Source: Bacteroidales bacterium
Lineage (GTDB): Bacteria > Bacteroidota > Bacteroidia > Bacteroidales > UBA932
Direction of reading: 5' to 3'
Length of the DNA: 64,000 nucleotides
Assembly: GCA_017443025.1 (NCBI GenBank)
Contig: JAFSPG010000004.1
Location: 1,030 to 65,029 of the forward strand
Part shown: one piece after another, positions 61,960 to 64,000 of the stretch
Layout: every line of letters begins with the position of its first letter
How positions within the stretch are numbered: the first letter of the stretch is position 1
Notes under the pieces: model-generated
What the model saw: only the letters and a program-made list of their open reading frames with translations
Databases searched by the model: none
What the model was told of the DNA's origin: nothing
Program-made: the position numbers and the translations under genes

Positions 61960-62838
61960 TCAGAGAATGTTCATACTCTGCTCACGCATTTTCTCCAGTT
62001 CGTCTTTCATTCTGACGACGCACTTCTGGATGCCTGCGTGATTTGCCTTGGAGCCGGTAGTGTTGATTTCGCGGCCCATTTCCTGAATGATGAATCCAAG
62101 TTTTTTACCCGGATAAGGCTCTCCGTCGATGGTGTCGCGGAAATACTTGCAGTGCTGACGGAGCCGGACCTTCTCTTCATTGATGTCGAGTTTTTCGAGA
62201 TAGAAGACCATCTCCTGCTCGAACCTCTGAGGGTCGACCTTCTGCGAAAGCTCTTCAAGGCTTCGGGTGAGCTTGGCGCGCACGGCCTCAATTCTTTCCT
62301 TCTCGTAAGACTCGACCTCGTCGTAGAGCGAAAGGATGTTATCCACGCGCGAGAGGACATCCTTGTACAGGACTGCGCCCTCGCGGCTGCGATAGTCGTC
62401 GACCGCCGCTATGGCTTCGTCGAAGGCTTTCTCGATGGCAGGGATGTCTTCCTCGGAAATGAGTTCGGAACGCTTCTGTCCGAGGACATCGGGGAAGCGC
62501 AGGACAGTCTCGAGAAGACCGGCACCGCCAACGGTAACACCGAGCTCCCCGGCAACTTCGCCGACCTGATTATAGTAGGCCCTGACGAGATCTTTATCGA
62601 TTGTCTGTGCGCCTTTGCCGGCAGGCTGCTCGACTGTCAGGAATACATCGATTGTGCCCCTCTGGAGCTTGGCTGCGAGCTTCTGGCGGATAAGAAGTTC
62701 TTCGTCCTTGGGAAGAAGGTTCGACTTGATGTTGATATCGGCGGATTTGCCGTTCAGGGTGCGGATTTCGACAATAAGGCTGCCGCCAGAGACAAGCTCT
62801 GCGGCAGCCTTACCGTATCCGGTCATTGATTTAATCAT
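61960..62838 (-). CDS. yicC: YicC/YloC family endoribonuclease
   Basis: MIKSMTGYG, EIRTLNGK, KLDINEE, GKKLGFIIQEMGREINTTGSK, EQSMNIL. Confidence 0.92.
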   Translation of the reverse strand: MIKSMTGYGKAAAELVSGGSLIVEIRTLNGKSADINIKSNLLPKDEELLIRQKLAAKLQRGTIDVFLTVEQPAGKGAQTIDKDLVRAYYNQVGEVAGELGVTVGGAGLLETVLRFPDVLGQKRSELISEEDIPAIEKAFDEAIAAVDDYRSREGAVLYKDVLSRVDNILSLYDEVESYEKERIEAVRAKLTRSLEELSQKVDPQRFEQEMVFYLEKLDINEEKVRLRQHCKYFRDTIDGEPYPGKKLGFIIQEMGREINTTGSKANHAGIQKCVVRMKDELEKMREQSMNIL

Positions 62839-64000
62839 TATTTTATGATGCCCTGCTCCTTGAAAATCTGTGTAAGGATTTCAACGGCGCGGTCGACCTG
62901 TTCGTTTGTATGGGTTGCCATGAGGGCAAAACGCACCAGAGTGTCAGTAGGGGCGCATGCCGGAGGAATCACGGAGTTGATGAAGACTCCCCTCTTGAAG
63001 GCCTCGGCTGTTACGATGAAGGTCTTTTCGAGGTCGCGGACATAGAGCGGGATGATAGGGCTCTCGGTGTCGCCGATTTCGAAGCCTGCCTCGCGGAAGC
63101 GGGCAAGGGCGTAGTTGGTAACCTTCCAGAGTGCTTCGATGCGCTCGGGCTCCTTCTGGATGATATGCAGGGCCTCGAGGGCTGCTGCAGTGGCGGCCGG
63201 GGTGCAGGAGGCGCTGAAGATATACGTTCTGGCTGTATGCCTGAGGTAGTTGATGATAACCTTGTTGGCTGCGATGAAACCTCCGATGGATGCCAGCGAC
63301 TTGCTGAAGGTCCCCATGATGAGGTCGACTTCGTCGGTAAGACCGAAGTGGTCGCAGACGCCGCGGCCCTGACGGCCGAATACGCCGAGGCCATGGGCTT
63401 CGTCAACCATGATTACCACATTCTTGTACTTATGCTTGAGTTCAACGATCTCCGGGAGCTTGGCAAGGTCGCCTTCCATTGAGAATACTCCGTCCACGAC
63501 GATGAACTTGACTGCGTTTTCGTCGCACTTGGCAAGGAGTTTCTCGAGGTCCTCCATGTCGTTGTGCTTGTAATGGAGGGCCTTGGCAAACGAAAGACGG
63601 CGGCCGTCCACGATAGAAGCGTGGTCGCGGTCGTCGCAGATAATGAAATCATCCTTGGTAAGGAGCTGAGGGATGACACCGGAGTTGACGGTGAAACCTG
63701 TAGCGAAGCACAGGGCTTCGTCCTTGCCGACGAATGCGGCCAGTTCCTTTTCGAGGATGACGTGAATATCCAAGGTGCCGTTAAGGAAGCGCGAACCTGC
63801 ACAGCCTGAGCCATACTGACGCATTGCCTTGATACCGGCTTCAATAACTCTTTCGTCTCCGGTGAGACCTGTGTAAGCGTTGGAACCGAACATCAGAACT
63901 GGATGTCCTTCCATCTCGACCTCAGTACCCTGTTTGCTTTCTATCTCCCTGAAATACGGATAGATACCCCTTTCAATCATCTGCTGGGGAAGCGTGTACT
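62838..64000 (-). CDS. spt: Serine palmitoyltransferase (AONS family); 5' end lies beyond the window
   Basis: YPYFREIE, MFGSNAYTGL, GSRFLNGT, DHASIVDG, DEAHG, GTFSKSLAS; the frame stays open to the window edge (YTLPQQ upstream of Met 63980). Confidence 0.85.
   Translation of the reverse strand, partial: YTLPQQMIERGIYPYFREIESKQGTEVEMEGHPVLMFGSNAYTGLTGDERVIEAGIKAMRQYGSGCAGSRFLNGTLDIHVILEKELAAFVGKDEALCFATGFTVNSGVIPQLLTKDDFIICDDRDHASIVDGRRLSFAKALHYKHNDMEDLEKLLAKCDENAVKFIVVDGVFSMEGDLAKLPEIVELKHKYKNVVIMVDEAHGLGVFGRQGRGVCDHFGLTDEVDLIMGTFSKSLASIGGFIAANKVIINYLRHTARTYIFSASCTPAATAAALEALHIIQKEPERIEALWKVTNYALARFREAGFEIGDTESPIIPLYVRDLEKTFIVTAEAFKRGVFINSVIPPACAPTDTLVRFALMATHTNEQVDRAVEILTQIFKEQGIIK

Overview
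A 64-kb stretch of mostly core chromosome from a Bacteroidales-type anaerobe. The assignment rests on Bacteroidetes TTTG/TANNTTTG promoters, Bacteroidetes-type proteins and a serine palmitoyltransferase. It holds about 55 tightly packed CDS and two tRNAs (Cys-GCA, Val-CAC). Housekeeping genes include asd, trpS, holA, xerC-hpf, cca, ettA, tig-clpP-clpX, gyrB, nth, pgm, trkH, yicC and spt. There is a complete lplA-gcvT-H-PA-PB-lpdA glycine cleavage operon, GH78 and GH29 glycosidases, a probable glycine-lipid acyltransferase pair and a solitary lower-GC hipBA-like toxin-antitoxin module. No transposase, prophage or CRISPR array was seen. Three things stand out. (1) A non-coding, highly structured dispersed element occurs twice (23811-24013 and 41731-41850). 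Its core differences are structure-preserving, it carries C-GAA-G triloop hairpins, and each copy sits at the centre of its own unrelated long palindrome. (2) Conserved proteins appear to have lost whole domains: trigger factor lacks its PPIase domain, ClpX lacks its zinc-binding domain, and a TPR protein appears fused to a beta-barrel. (3) All 8 convergent protein-gene pairs overlap at their 3' ends. All calls are by eye, with no database searches; comparisons to typical family members come from recalled knowledge.
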